64,000 nucleotides of DNA from an uncultured Acidobacteriota bacterium. GTDB taxonomy: Bacteria > Acidobacteriota > Vicinamibacteria > Fen-336. The notes under the pieces are model-generated. The model worked only from the letters and a program-made list of their open reading frames with translations, was not told where the DNA came from and searched no databases. The stretch lies in NCBI GenBank assembly GCA_963720545.1, contig OY970399.1:2304001-2368000 (forward strand), given 5' to 3'. The translations under genes and the position numbers were made by a program. Shown in pieces: positions 25,430 to 35,165 of this stretch (positions within the stretch are counted from its first letter, which is position 1; the number at the start of each line of letters is the position of its first letter).

Positions 25430-26532
25430 AAGAGCTGCGCGTCGCCGCGTTCGTGCCATACGCGCTGGAAACCACGCCTTCGCAGCGCTTCCGCCTCGAG
25501 CAATGGGCGCCGCATCTGCGCTCCCAGGGCATCGCCTTCACCTTCTTTCCGTTCGCCGACGCGGCCCTCGTGCGACTGCTGCCGCAGCGCGGCGCGGCTG
25601 CGGCGGCGGCGAAGGCGAAGGCCCTCGTCGTCGCATACGCCGTGCAGCGGCAGCGTGCGGCCGTGCTCAGGGGCTTCGACGTGGTCGTGGTCCACCGCAC
25701 GGCGTCGATCGTCGGCCCGGCGGCCATCGAAAGGCGGCTGGCGCGCCACGGGGTGCCGCTCGTCTACGACTTCGACGATGCCGTGTGGCAGACCCACACC
25801 GCCGCGGCCAACCGCGGCTTCCGCTGGCTGAAGTTTCCCGGCAAGACCGCGCGGATCTGCGCGCTCAGCCATTCGGTCGTGGCCGGCAACGAGTACCTCG
25901 CGGACTACGCGCGCTCGCACGCGCGTCTCGTGCAGATCGTGCCGACGAGCGTCGACACCGAGCGCTTCGCGCCGCGACCGCACGCCGGGCCGGCGAACGG
26001 CCGCCGCCTGGTCGTCGGCTGGACCGGCAGCGGCACCTCGCAGGTCAACCTCGAGGCGCAGGCCGGGGTGCTCGCGGAAGCGCAGCGCCGCCACGGCTTC
26101 GAGGTGCGCGTGCACTCCGACCGCGCGCCACTCCTGCCCGGCGTCGCCTTCGACTGGCGCAGATGGACGCCGCACAACGAGGCCGCGGAGGTCGCAGAGT
26201 TCGACATCGGCATCATGCCGCTCCCCGACGACCAATGGTCGCGCGGCAAGTGCGCGCTCAAGGCGCTCCTCTACATGGCGAGCGGCCTGCCGGTGATCCT
26301 GTCGCCGGTGGGCGCCAACCGAGAGGCGGTCCGCGACGGCGTCGACGGGCTGTGGGCTTCGGGGCACGAACAGTGGCTGCGCGCCTTCGATACGCTCGCC
26401 GGCGATGGCGCGCTGCGCGAGCGGCTCGGCCGGGAAGCGCGCCGCACCGTGGAAACGCGCTACTCGGCCGCGGCCTGCGCCGCGCTCTTTGGCAGCGTGC
26501 TGCAAAGCGCCGCGGCGGGTTCGCAACCATGA
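25426..26532 (+). CDS. GT4 glycosyltransferase
   Basis: YDFDDA, GWTGS, GKCALKALLYMASGLPV. Confidence 0.86.
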   Translation: MKELRVAAFVPYALETTPSQRFRLEQWAPHLRSQGIAFTFFPFADAALVRLLPQRGAAAAAAKAKALVVAYAVQRQRAAVLRGFDVVVVHRTASIVGPAAIERRLARHGVPLVYDFDDAVWQTHTAAANRGFRWLKFPGKTARICALSHSVVAGNEYLADYARSHARLVQIVPTSVDTERFAPRPHAGPANGRRLVVGWTGSGTSQVNLEAQAGVLAEAQRRHGFEVRVHSDRAPLLPGVAFDWRRWTPHNEAAEVAEFDIGIMPLPDDQWSRGKCALKALLYMASGLPVILSPVGANREAVRDGVDGLWASGHEQWLRAFDTLAGDGALRERLGREARRTVETRYSAAACAALFGSVLQSAAAGSQP

Positions 26533-27335
26533 CCTCGAACGAGCGCCAGAAAAACGCAGCGGTCCTGCAGCATTCCCGCCAGGCGGGGCAGTTCGACGAG
26601 CGCTACCTCGGCAACGACGCGTTCGCCTCGTGCTTCGCCTACAGCCGCGCGCGGCTGGCGGCGTGGCTCGAACTGCTGGTGAGCGCGGACGGCGCCGGCA
26701 AGCGCGCCCTCGACATCGGCTGCGGCACCGGGCATCACGTCCAGTGGCTGCGTGCCCGCGGCTACGAAGTGGTCGGGGTCGACGGCTCCGCGGACATGCT
26801 GCGGCTCGCACGCGAGAACAACCCCGCGGTGCGCTTCGAGCAGTGCGACGTGGAGAGCCTGCCGCTGCCGGACGGCGCTTTCGACCTGATACTCTGCGTC
26901 GAAGTCTTGCGCTACCTGCCCTCGCCGCACCGTGCGCTCGCCGAAATGGCGCGCGTCCTGCGCCCCGGCGGACTCACCCTGGCGACGGCGGCGCCGCTCT
27001 TCAGCCTCAACGCCTATCCGCTCGTCAACCGCGTCGCGAGGGCGGTGCCGGTTGCGGACCTGGTGCGCCTGCGGCAGTTCTTCATCACCGCTCGCGGCTT
27101 GCGCCGCGCGGCGCGGCGCGCGGGCCTGGCCGACATCGAGGTGCACGGCGTCTACACCGGCCCGCTCAACTGGATCGAGCGGCTCACGCCGCGCCTGCTG
27201 CCGCGGGCCTTGCGCCTCCTCGACCCGGTGCAACCGGCGCTCGCCGACGCGCCGCTGCTGCGGGCCTTCGCCAACATGTTCCTGCTGGTGGCGCGCAAGC
27301 CGCCGGCTGCCGGTGAACCCGGGGCGGCGCGATGA
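26529..27335 (+). CDS. Class I SAM methyltransferase (Methyltransf_11-like)
   Basis: LDIGCGTG, GVDGS, LP..DGAFD, RVLRPGG. Confidence 0.86.
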   Translation: MTSNERQKNAAVLQHSRQAGQFDERYLGNDAFASCFAYSRARLAAWLELLVSADGAGKRALDIGCGTGHHVQWLRARGYEVVGVDGSADMLRLARENNPAVRFEQCDVESLPLPDGAFDLILCVEVLRYLPSPHRALAEMARVLRPGGLTLATAAPLFSLNAYPLVNRVARAVPVADLVRLRQFFITARGLRRAARRAGLADIEVHGVYTGPLNWIERLTPRLLPRALRLLDPVQPALADAPLLRAFANMFLLVARKPPAAGEPGAAR

Positions 27336-28318
27336 GCCGCCCGCCGGCAGCATTCGTGCTGAGCCTCGACTTCGAGCTCATCTGGGGCACGCTCGACCTC
27401 CATGGGGTCTCGGGTTACGGCGAAATCTGCCGGCTCGAGCGCGAGCAGGTTTTCGACAAGCTGCTGGCACTCCTCGACGAGTTCGAGACGCGCGCATCGT
27501 GGCTGGTGGTCGGGCACCTCGCCCTCGACGGCTGCCCGACGCAAGCCCCGCATCATCCGCAGCTCGCGCGCCCGCAGCACGCCTGGGCGAGGGACGACTG
27601 GTTCGCGCACGATCCCGGCGGCAACGAACGGCAGGCACCGCTCTTCTTCGCCCGCAGCCTCATCGAGCGCCTGGGCCAGACCGCCGTGCGCCACGAGATC
27701 GGCTGCCATTCCTTTTCCCACGTCATCTATGGCGATCCCGGCTGCAGCGAGGCGGCGGCGCGCGGCGACCTCGAGGCCGCGGTGGCGGCTTTGGCCGGCA
27801 TCGGCGTGGCACCGCGCAGCTTTTCCTTCCCGCGTAACCGCGTCGGCCATGCCGAACTCCTCGCGCAGCACGGCTTCTCCTGCTTCCGCACCCCGGAACC
27901 GCGCTGGTACTGCGACGGCCGCTGGCCCGACGCGCTGCGGCGCGCCGGACACCTGGTGGACGTGGTCACGGCCCGCACCCCGGGGGTCTGCCGTCCGCGA
28001 CGCCGCGCCGACGGCGTCGTCGAGATTCCCGGCTCGATGCTCTATTTCCCGATGCACGGCCGCCGCCGCCACCTGCCGCTCGCGCTGCGGATCGCGCGCG
28101 CCCGCAAGGGCATCGCGGCCGCGATCGACGCCGCGGCGGTCTTCCACCTGTGGACGCATCCCACGAACCTCGCCGACCCGATGGCGCCGATGTTCCGCGG
28201 CCTGCGGCGCATCCTCGAAGCGGTGCGCACCGAGCGCGAGCGCGGCCGCCTCGAGGTGCTGACGATGGGCGAGGTGGCGCGCGACTGGCAGCGCTTCGCC
28301 GCCCCCGGGGCGGCATGA
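27332..28318 (+). CDS. Polysaccharide deacetylase (CE4-like)
   Basis: SLDFELIWG, HEIGCHSFSH, FPRN, FHLWTHP. Confidence 0.85.
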   Translation: MSRPPAAFVLSLDFELIWGTLDLHGVSGYGEICRLEREQVFDKLLALLDEFETRASWLVVGHLALDGCPTQAPHHPQLARPQHAWARDDWFAHDPGGNERQAPLFFARSLIERLGQTAVRHEIGCHSFSHVIYGDPGCSEAAARGDLEAAVAALAGIGVAPRSFSFPRNRVGHAELLAQHGFSCFRTPEPRWYCDGRWPDALRRAGHLVDVVTARTPGVCRPRRRADGVVEIPGSMLYFPMHGRRRHLPLALRIARARKGIAAAIDAAAVFHLWTHPTNLADPMAPMFRGLRRILEAVRTERERGRLEVLTMGEVARDWQRFAAPGAA

Positions 28319-29460
28319 CGCTCGCGCGGCTGGTGCGCTGGGCGCTCTTCCTGCGGGTCGCGACCGTGCTGCTGCTGCATCTCACCGTCAGCGAGAACGC
28401 CTTTGCACCCGACCAGGCGACCTACCACTTCTTCGGCGCCTGGCTCGCGCACTACTGGGAGGGCGACACGCTCGTCTATCCCGACAAGATCGACGCCAAC
28501 CCGCGCGCCTATTACTACATCGTCGCGTCCTTGTACTGGCTGTTCGGCGACTACTCGCTGCTGCCGAAGCTGCTGAACGCGCTGGTCGGCACCTATGCGG
28601 TGAAGCTCGCCTGGGACATCGCGCTCCTCGCTTCCGCCAATGCGCAGGTCGCCTTGCGCGCGGCGCAGCTGACGGCGTTCTTTCCGTCGCTCATCCTGTG
28701 GTCGGCACTGAACATCCGCGACTGCTGGGTGGTGGTGCTGATCCTCGTCATGTGCCGCGCCGGCCTGGAACTGCGCGAGCGGGTGACGATCCCGGCGGTT
28801 CTCTGTCTCGGCGGTTCCATCGTCCTCATCTCGGGCTTTCGCGACTACCTGTTCCTGGCGCTGGCCGCACCGGTGGTCGTTTCCTTCGTCCTCGGCCGCG
28901 GCAACAACGCCCTGCGCAACGCGCTCCTCGGCGCGGTGGTCGCGGGCGGGCTCATCTATTTCGACCGCGTCTCGGGCGCCGACCATTCCAGGCTCGTCGA
29001 CCTCGACGCCATCCAGGAAACCAGGAACTTCACGAACTTCGGCACCAGCCGCTTCCAGGACGCCGTCGACATCTCGACGCCAGCCAAGGCGCTCTGGTTC
29101 CTGCCGCGCGGCCTGGTCTTCTTCCTGCTCTCGCCCTACCCGTGGGACATCCGCAGCGCACGCCAGGCGGTGACCTTTCCCGAAATGCTCTTCTTCTATT
29201 CGCTCATCCCGTCGATCGTCGTCGGCTTCCGCCACCTGCTGCTCGCGCACGGCTCGAAGGCGATGCTGCTGTGCCTGGTCACCGCCTGTCTCACGCTCGG
29301 CTACGCGCTCGGCGAAGCGAACGCCGGCGGCGCCTACCGCCACCGTGCGCAGGTGCTGGTGCTGCTGCTGGTGTTCAGCGCGGTCGGCGGGGAGCTGCAG
29401 CGGCGCAGGAAAGAGGCGCGCGATCGCGCCGCGGCGGGCCTCCTGCCGCGCGAGATCTAG
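28315..29460 (+). CDS. Putative Wzy polymerase / GT-C membrane protein
   Basis: Multi-TM protein within the GT cluster; DQATY, WSALNIRD, N.G..YRHR. Confidence 0.6.
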   Translation: MTLARLVRWALFLRVATVLLLHLTVSENAFAPDQATYHFFGAWLAHYWEGDTLVYPDKIDANPRAYYYIVASLYWLFGDYSLLPKLLNALVGTYAVKLAWDIALLASANAQVALRAAQLTAFFPSLILWSALNIRDCWVVVLILVMCRAGLELRERVTIPAVLCLGGSIVLISGFRDYLFLALAAPVVVSFVLGRGNNALRNALLGAVVAGGLIYFDRVSGADHSRLVDLDAIQETRNFTNFGTSRFQDAVDISTPAKALWFLPRGLVFFLLSPYPWDIRSARQAVTFPEMLFFYSLIPSIVVGFRHLLLAHGSKAMLLCLVTACLTLGYALGEANAGGAYRHRAQVLVLLLVFSAVGGELQRRRKEARDRAAAGLLPREI

Positions 29461-29467
29461 CGCGCCC

Positions 29468-31384
29468 ATGTGCGGCCTCGCCGGCATCGTCGACCTCGAC
29501 GGCGCGCCCATCGCGCGCAGCGAGCTCTCCGCCATGGGTGCTTCGCTGTGCCACCGCGGCCCGGACGCCGAAGGCATCTTCGTCGACGAGAGTGCCGCGC
29601 CTTCGGTCGGCTTCGTGCACCGGCGGCTCGCGATCATCGACCTGTCACGGCGCGCCGACCAGCCGCTCGCTTCGGAAGACGGCGCGGTGCGCGCGATGCT
29701 GAACGGCGAGATCTACAACTTCGCGCAGCTGCGCGCCGCACTGCAGGCGCGCCACGTGTTCGCCTCGCAAGGCGACACCGAGAGCGTGGTCCACGGGTAC
29801 GAAGAGCACGGCGACGCGATCTTCGCGCGGCTCGACGGCATGTTCGCGCTGGCGCTCTGGGATGCCCGGCGGCGGCGCGTGCTGCTGGCGCGGGATCCGT
29901 TCGGCAAGAAGCCGCTGTACGTCGCTCGCTCCGCGAACGGCCGGCGCCTCTTCTTCGGCTCGGAGATCAAGGCGCTCCTCGCCGCGGGCGTGCCGGTGGC
30001 GGCAGCCGCCGAAAACCTCGGCGAATACCTGGCCTTCGGCTACGTCCCGTCGCCGCGCACTTTCTTTCGCGGCATCGAGAAGCTGCCGCCTTCGTCCTTC
30101 ACCGCGATCGACGCGCATGGCATCGAAGCACCGCAGCGCTACTGGGAGCTGAGGTTCCCGGCGCAGGGCGAAGCCGCCGCCATGTCCGAGCAGGAGGCGA
30201 TCGAGCGCACCGACGCTCTGCTGGTCGCGGCGGTCAGGAAGCGCCTGGTCGCCGACGTGCCGCTTGGCATCCTGCTCTCGGGCGGCATCGATTCCAGCGG
30301 CGTCGCCGCCATCGCAGCCGCCGCGGCGCGGGCCAGCGGCGGCCCGGCGGTGCGCACCTTCTGCGTCGGCTTCGAGGACGCGACGTTCGACGAGCGGCCG
30401 TACGCCGCGGCGGTGGCGCAGCATATCGGCGCCGACCACCACGCGGAGCTGGTGAAGCCGGACGCGGCCGCCCTCATCGAGACGCTGATCGCGCATCACG
30501 ACGAGCCGTTCGGCGATTCGTCGGCGCTGCCCACCTATCTCGTCGCGCAAGTGGCGCGGCGCCACGTCACGGTGGCGCTCAACGGCGACGGCGGCGACGA
30601 GGCGTTCGCCGGCTACGACCGCTTCTATGCGGCGCTCCTGGCCGAGCGGCTGCCGGCGCCCGCCATAGCGCTCGCCGATCGCACGCTGCGGCTCTTCGGC
30701 TCGGGCCAATTGCCGAACCGCCACCCGCTGCGCCAGGCGCAGCGCTTCGCCGCCAAGGCGTCGCGGCCGTTCCTCGAGCGGTATTTCGCATGGAGCACGT
30801 TCAACGATGTCGCGGACGTCGCGCAGCTCGCCGGCGCCGCAACAGCCGACCCGCAGCGCCTCCTGTCTTCCTGGCGCGAGACCCTGGCTACACTCGACGC
30901 CGCGCAGCCGCGCGCGTCGGTGCTGTCGCGCCTGCTCTACCTCAACGCGCGCACCTACCTGCTCGACGACCTGCTGCCGAAGATGGACCGCATGACGATG
31001 GCGCACGGGCTCGAGGCGCGCAGTCCGTTTCTCGACCGCGACCTCTTTGCGTTCGCCGCGTCGCTGCCCGACCGCTTCAAGCGCAGCGGCCGCGAGGGCA
31101 AGGTGGTGCTGAGGAAGGCGCTCGTGGACCGGCTACCTCCCGGCATCCTGCGCCGGCCCAAGCAGGGCTTCGGGGTGCCTCTCGGCCGCTGGTTCCGCGA
31201 GGACCTGAGGGAGCTTGCGCACGACACCTTGCTCGATCGGCCCCGCTATCGTGGCCTCATCCCGGTGGATAATGTGCGCCGGGTGCTGGCCTCCCATGAG
31301 ACCAGGGAACGTGACAATGGTCACGCCTTGTGGATCCTCCTGACCCTCGAGCTGTGGCTGCGCCGTCATGGGCTCTCCTTCTGA
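29468..31384 (+). CDS. asnB: Asparagine synthase (glutamine-hydrolysing)-family amidotransferase
   Basis: N-terminal MCG, HRGPD, NGEIYN, LSGGIDSS, GDGGDE, RPKQGF. Confidence 0.92.
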   Translation: MCGLAGIVDLDGAPIARSELSAMGASLCHRGPDAEGIFVDESAAPSVGFVHRRLAIIDLSRRADQPLASEDGAVRAMLNGEIYNFAQLRAALQARHVFASQGDTESVVHGYEEHGDAIFARLDGMFALALWDARRRRVLLARDPFGKKPLYVARSANGRRLFFGSEIKALLAAGVPVAAAAENLGEYLAFGYVPSPRTFFRGIEKLPPSSFTAIDAHGIEAPQRYWELRFPAQGEAAAMSEQEAIERTDALLVAAVRKRLVADVPLGILLSGGIDSSGVAAIAAAAARASGGPAVRTFCVGFEDATFDERPYAAAVAQHIGADHHAELVKPDAAALIETLIAHHDEPFGDSSALPTYLVAQVARRHVTVALNGDGGDEAFAGYDRFYAALLAERLPAPAIALADRTLRLFGSGQLPNRHPLRQAQRFAAKASRPFLERYFAWSTFNDVADVAQLAGAATADPQRLLSSWRETLATLDAAQPRASVLSRLLYLNARTYLLDDLLPKMDRMTMAHGLEARSPFLDRDLFAFAASLPDRFKRSGREGKVVLRKALVDRLPPGILRRPKQGFGVPLGRWFREDLRELAHDTLLDRPRYRGLIPVDNVRRVLASHETRERDNGHALWILLTLELWLRRHGLSF

Positions 31385-31408
31385 CCCAAGTCCCTGCGGC
31401 AGAATGCT

Positions 31409-31438
31409 TTGACCGCGTGAAATTGGCCGTGCTATCCT
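31409..31438 (+). promoter_or_regulatory. Internal sigma70-like promoter
   Basis: TTGACC - 18 nt - TATCCT with an extended TG, 19 nt upstream of the GT4 start. Confidence 0.55.
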
Positions 31439-31457
31439 CTCGCCCGTCCAGACGCTC

Positions 31458-32651
31458 GTGAACGCCTCAGGAACTGGCCCAGTCCGTGTGGTTCGGCTTT
31501 TTTCGCGGCTGAACATTGGCGGTCCCAGTCTTCACGTCACACTACTGACCGAGGGATTGGGTGTACGGGGCTTCGAGACCCGACTAATAGTGGGTCGCGA
31601 AGGGTCTGGGGAGGGCACGATCAGAAATACGTCGCGAGACCGGAACGTATCCGTCGAGCGATTGCCCGGGCTCGGACGGGAGATCAGGCCTCTGGCCGAT
31701 CTGAGGACCCTGCTGGCGCTTTATCGCATCATCAGCGGATACCGGCCGCACATAGTTCATACCCACACCTCCAAAGCTGGATTCCTGGGGCGTATCGCAG
31801 CTCGCATGGCGGGCGTGCCGGTGATTGTCCACACGTTTCACGGGCACGTGCTCCATGGATACTTCCGTGGACCCACTACCAAGTTCTTCGTATTGGCCGA
31901 GCGGCTCCTGGCCGGGATCAGCACAGCACTGGTAGCAGTGTCGGAAACGGTGCGTGCAGAGTTGCTGTGCCTCGGCGTTTCAGTCCCGGCGAAAATTCAC
32001 ACGATTCCCCTCGGCCTCGACCTCTCGGCCCTCAGCGGCGCCTTGCCGCGCGGTGCGCTGCGCGCGGAGCTCGGCAAGCCGTCGCAGCTGCTCGTCGGCA
32101 TCGTCGGCCGGCTCGCGCCGATCAAGGACGTCGCGGCGTTCCTGCAGATGGCGCGGCTGCTGCGCTCGCGGCGCGCCGACCTGCACTTCGTCATTGCCGG
32201 CGACGGCCCGGAGCGTGCAGCGCTCGAGGCCGAAGCGCTTCGTCTCGGCGTCGCGGAGTCGGTTTCCTTCCTTGGCTGGCGCCATGACCTGGCGCAGCTC
32301 TACGCCGATCTCGACGTGGTCGTGAACTGCTCGCGGAACGAGGGCACTCCGGTCGCCCTCATCGAGGCACTCGCCGCGGGCAGGCCTGTGGTGGCAACCC
32401 GGGTCGGCGGTAACGGCGATTTGCTTCAGGACGGACAGTTCGGGCAGCTGGTAGCGCCAGGCGACATCGCGGCCCTGGCCGCGGCCGTCGAAAAGGCGCT
32501 GGCCGGAGGCGGCACTCACGCCGCCGCGGCCGCCACCGCCGCCGCGCGCGCACACATCATCGAACGCTATTCCAGCAACCGCCTCATCGACGACATGGAG
32601 CGCTTCTATCGCAAGCTGCTTGCGGCTTCGCCGCGCGCGAGCAACGCCTGA
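31458..32651 (+). CDS. GT4 glycosyltransferase
   Basis: RLNIGGP, HTHTSKAG, GRL..IK, NEGTPVALIEA. Confidence 0.9.
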   Translation: MNASGTGPVRVVRLFSRLNIGGPSLHVTLLTEGLGVRGFETRLIVGREGSGEGTIRNTSRDRNVSVERLPGLGREIRPLADLRTLLALYRIISGYRPHIVHTHTSKAGFLGRIAARMAGVPVIVHTFHGHVLHGYFRGPTTKFFVLAERLLAGISTALVAVSETVRAELLCLGVSVPAKIHTIPLGLDLSALSGALPRGALRAELGKPSQLLVGIVGRLAPIKDVAAFLQMARLLRSRRADLHFVIAGDGPERAALEAEALRLGVAESVSFLGWRHDLAQLYADLDVVVNCSRNEGTPVALIEALAAGRPVVATRVGGNGDLLQDGQFGQLVAPGDIAALAAAVEKALAGGGTHAAAAATAAARAHIIERYSSNRLIDDMERFYRKLLAASPRASNA

Positions 32652-33773
32652 ATGGAACCGGCGCTCCTGACTGGCCTCACGTTCCTGGCAACTGCAAGCC
32701 TCAGCGCCGCGCTGGTGCCGCCGGTGCGCGCGCTGGCGCGCCGCGTCGACGTCATCGACCGTCCCGGAGGACGCCGCGGCCACGTGGCACCCACCCCGCG
32801 CCTCGGCGGGCTCGCCATCTTCTGCGCGTTCTTCGCCATCGTCCTCGGCGGCTACTGGCTCGCCCTCACGATGGGCGAAGCCGGCATCGCGCGCACCACC
32901 CTCGGCGCGGCGGCGGAGCGGCTGCGCGAGGCGTGGCGGGTCGAGGGCAAGCTGCTCGGCATCATGGCAGGCAGCATCCTCATCTTTGCGGTCGGCATGA
33001 TGGACGACATGTTGGGCGCCCGCTTTCCGGCGCTCGCCAAGCTGCTCGGCGAGCTGGCCGCGGCAGCGATCGTCGTCTATGCGGGCGTGCACACCACCTT
33101 CATGCCCGCCCACTGGATGAACGCGGTGGTGACGCTCCTGTGGATCGTCGGCATGACCAACGCGTTCAACCTGCTCGACAACATGGACGGGCTCGCCGCC
33201 GGCGTCGCGTTCATCGCCGCCTTTGCCCTGCTCGTCAATGCCTGGAGCCTGGGCACCTTCTTCGTCTGCCTCATCCTGGTCGCCTTCATGGGCAGCCTGC
33301 TGGGTTTCCTCCTCTACAACTTCCACCCGGCGTCCATCTTCATGGGTGACGCCGGCAGCCTGTTCATCGGCTTCGTCATGGCGACGATCACGCTGCTCGA
33401 GACTTATGTCTCGAAGGCGTCGAGCTCGCTGTTCCCGGTGCTGATGCCGGTGCTGGTGCTGGCGGTGCCGCTCGTCGATACCGCCACGGTGGTGATCATC
33501 CGGCTGCTCGAGCGGCGTCCGATCTACGTCGGTGACCAGCGCCATCTCTCGCATCGGCTGGTGGCGCTCGGCTTCTCGCGTCCCGCGGCGGTACTGCTCA
33601 TCTACTTGTTTTCGCTCTGCCTCGGGCTGGGTGCCGTCTCCCTGGTCGATGCGACCCCCCTGCAAAGCGCTCTGGTCCTGCTCCAGGCGGTCGTTTTTGT
33701 CACGCTGCTCCTCTTTCTGATGTTCGCGCCGCGCGGGACTGCCCGCGATGCGCTCCAAAGGTCCACCGACTGA
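32652..33773 (+). CDS. wecA: WecA/TagO-like undecaprenyl-phosphate HexNAc-1-P transferase
   Basis: PRLGG, GMMDD, NAFNLLDNMDGL, IFMGDAGS, HLSHRL. Confidence 0.85.
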   Translation: MEPALLTGLTFLATASLSAALVPPVRALARRVDVIDRPGGRRGHVAPTPRLGGLAIFCAFFAIVLGGYWLALTMGEAGIARTTLGAAAERLREAWRVEGKLLGIMAGSILIFAVGMMDDMLGARFPALAKLLGELAAAAIVVYAGVHTTFMPAHWMNAVVTLLWIVGMTNAFNLLDNMDGLAAGVAFIAAFALLVNAWSLGTFFVCLILVAFMGSLLGFLLYNFHPASIFMGDAGSLFIGFVMATITLLETYVSKASSSLFPVLMPVLVLAVPLVDTATVVIIRLLERRPIYVGDQRHLSHRLVALGFSRPAAVLLIYLFSLCLGLGAVSLVDATPLQSALVLLQAVVFVTLLLFLMFAPRGTARDALQRSTD

Positions 33774-35161
33774 TGTCCACCGCGCTCTTCCTCGCCGCGT
33801 TGCTGCTGGCCCAGGCCCCGGCACCGGCACCGACGCCCTCGCCGGACGTGAGGGCGCTGTTTCCAGAGCCCGAGGCGCCCCCCGAACCGCCGCCGCCCGC
33901 CCCGAGTGAAAACGGACCGCCAGGCATCGCCATCGGCGCGGGCGCGCTGCAGCCGTCGCTGGTCCTGTCGCTGATCCGCGGCGACATCTTTCCGAGCGCC
34001 ACCGCCGAACGCCCGTTCAAGGTGCGCGACACCTACTTCCAGATCGAGCCGCGCCTCAACTTCGTTTATCCGGTGGGCGCGGGCGGCGAGTTTCGCGCCG
34101 GTTACGAACCGGCGTTTCGCCGCGGCAGCGCCCTTCAAGAGGTGACAGCGTCGAGCCACCGGCTCGGCGCCGGGATCGAACTGCCGCTGGGAACGAGCTT
34201 CCTGCTGCGCGCCGCCGATCAGTGGTCGAAGGGCATCCTCGACGTCACCCAGGTGGATCCCGGCCAGGAATATTTCTTCCGCCTGCAGCCCTTCAGGCAC
34301 AACGTCTTCGACGTGAATGGCACGCTCGCGGGCGGCGACACCAGCATCGACGGCGGCGCCACCCTCAGCCGCGTCACGATCGAGCCCGGCTCGGGCTTCT
34401 TCTCGAACCGCTCGCAACAGTATTACGGCGGCATCAGCCGCAGCCTCGCCGCCACGCTGCGGCTGCGCCTCGGTTACACCCGCGAGCGCATCCCGCGCCC
34501 CATCGACCGGCCCGAGGTCGAGAGCCGCGCCAACATCTACACGCTCAGCCTCGACGGCACCCTGGCACCGCTGCTTGACGGGCAGATCTCGGCCGGCTAT
34601 CGCGACCAGAAGACGCCGAACGCCGGCGCCGGCGGCCGGAGCTTCAAGGGTCTGGTGGTCGCCGGGCGCCTCGAGAAGGAGTTCACGCGTTCGACCCGCC
34701 TCGCGCTCTGGGGCAGCCGCGACACCCGCGTGGACCTGCTGCGCCGCAACGGGCTCTACGCGACGACCGGCGGCCAGCCCGAAATCGCACTGCCCACCAC
34801 CTCCGCCTTCGAGGAGAACGCCTTCTACGTCGCCAAGGCATTCAACTCCGAGCTGCAGTTCGAGCTGCCTCTGCAACTCACGGCGCGCGCCGCGGCGCAG
34901 TGGCAGAACAACGAATACCGCACCGTCGCCTCGGCCATCGGCAAGCGGCGCAGCGACGATTTTTTCGGCTGGGCGCTGGGCTTCGGGCGTTCCCTCACAC
35001 GCCACGCCTGGGTGAGAATCGACTATCGTCGTGACCGCCGGGACTCCAACATCGACGTCTTCGACGTCAGGACCGAGGCGCTGCTGGTGCAGCTCGGCTT
35101 TGGCTTCCAGGGATCGCGCGGCCGGCCGAAATTCAGCGGCGGCAGCGAGAGCCAGGACTAG
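33773..35161 (+). CDS. Outer-membrane beta-barrel of polysaccharide export (BBP2-like)
   Basis: Signal peptide, Pro-rich linker, amphipathic beta-strands; sits directly before wza-wzc. Confidence 0.65.
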   Translation: MSTALFLAALLLAQAPAPAPTPSPDVRALFPEPEAPPEPPPPAPSENGPPGIAIGAGALQPSLVLSLIRGDIFPSATAERPFKVRDTYFQIEPRLNFVYPVGAGGEFRAGYEPAFRRGSALQEVTASSHRLGAGIELPLGTSFLLRAADQWSKGILDVTQVDPGQEYFFRLQPFRHNVFDVNGTLAGGDTSIDGGATLSRVTIEPGSGFFSNRSQQYYGGISRSLAATLRLRLGYTRERIPRPIDRPEVESRANIYTLSLDGTLAPLLDGQISAGYRDQKTPNAGAGGRSFKGLVVAGRLEKEFTRSTRLALWGSRDTRVDLLRRNGLYATTGGQPEIALPTTSAFEENAFYVAKAFNSELQFELPLQLTARAAAQWQNNEYRTVASAIGKRRSDDFFGWALGFGRSLTRHAWVRIDYRRDRRDSNIDVFDVRTEALLVQLGFGFQGSRGRPKFSGGSESQD

Positions 35162-35165
35162 GCGG

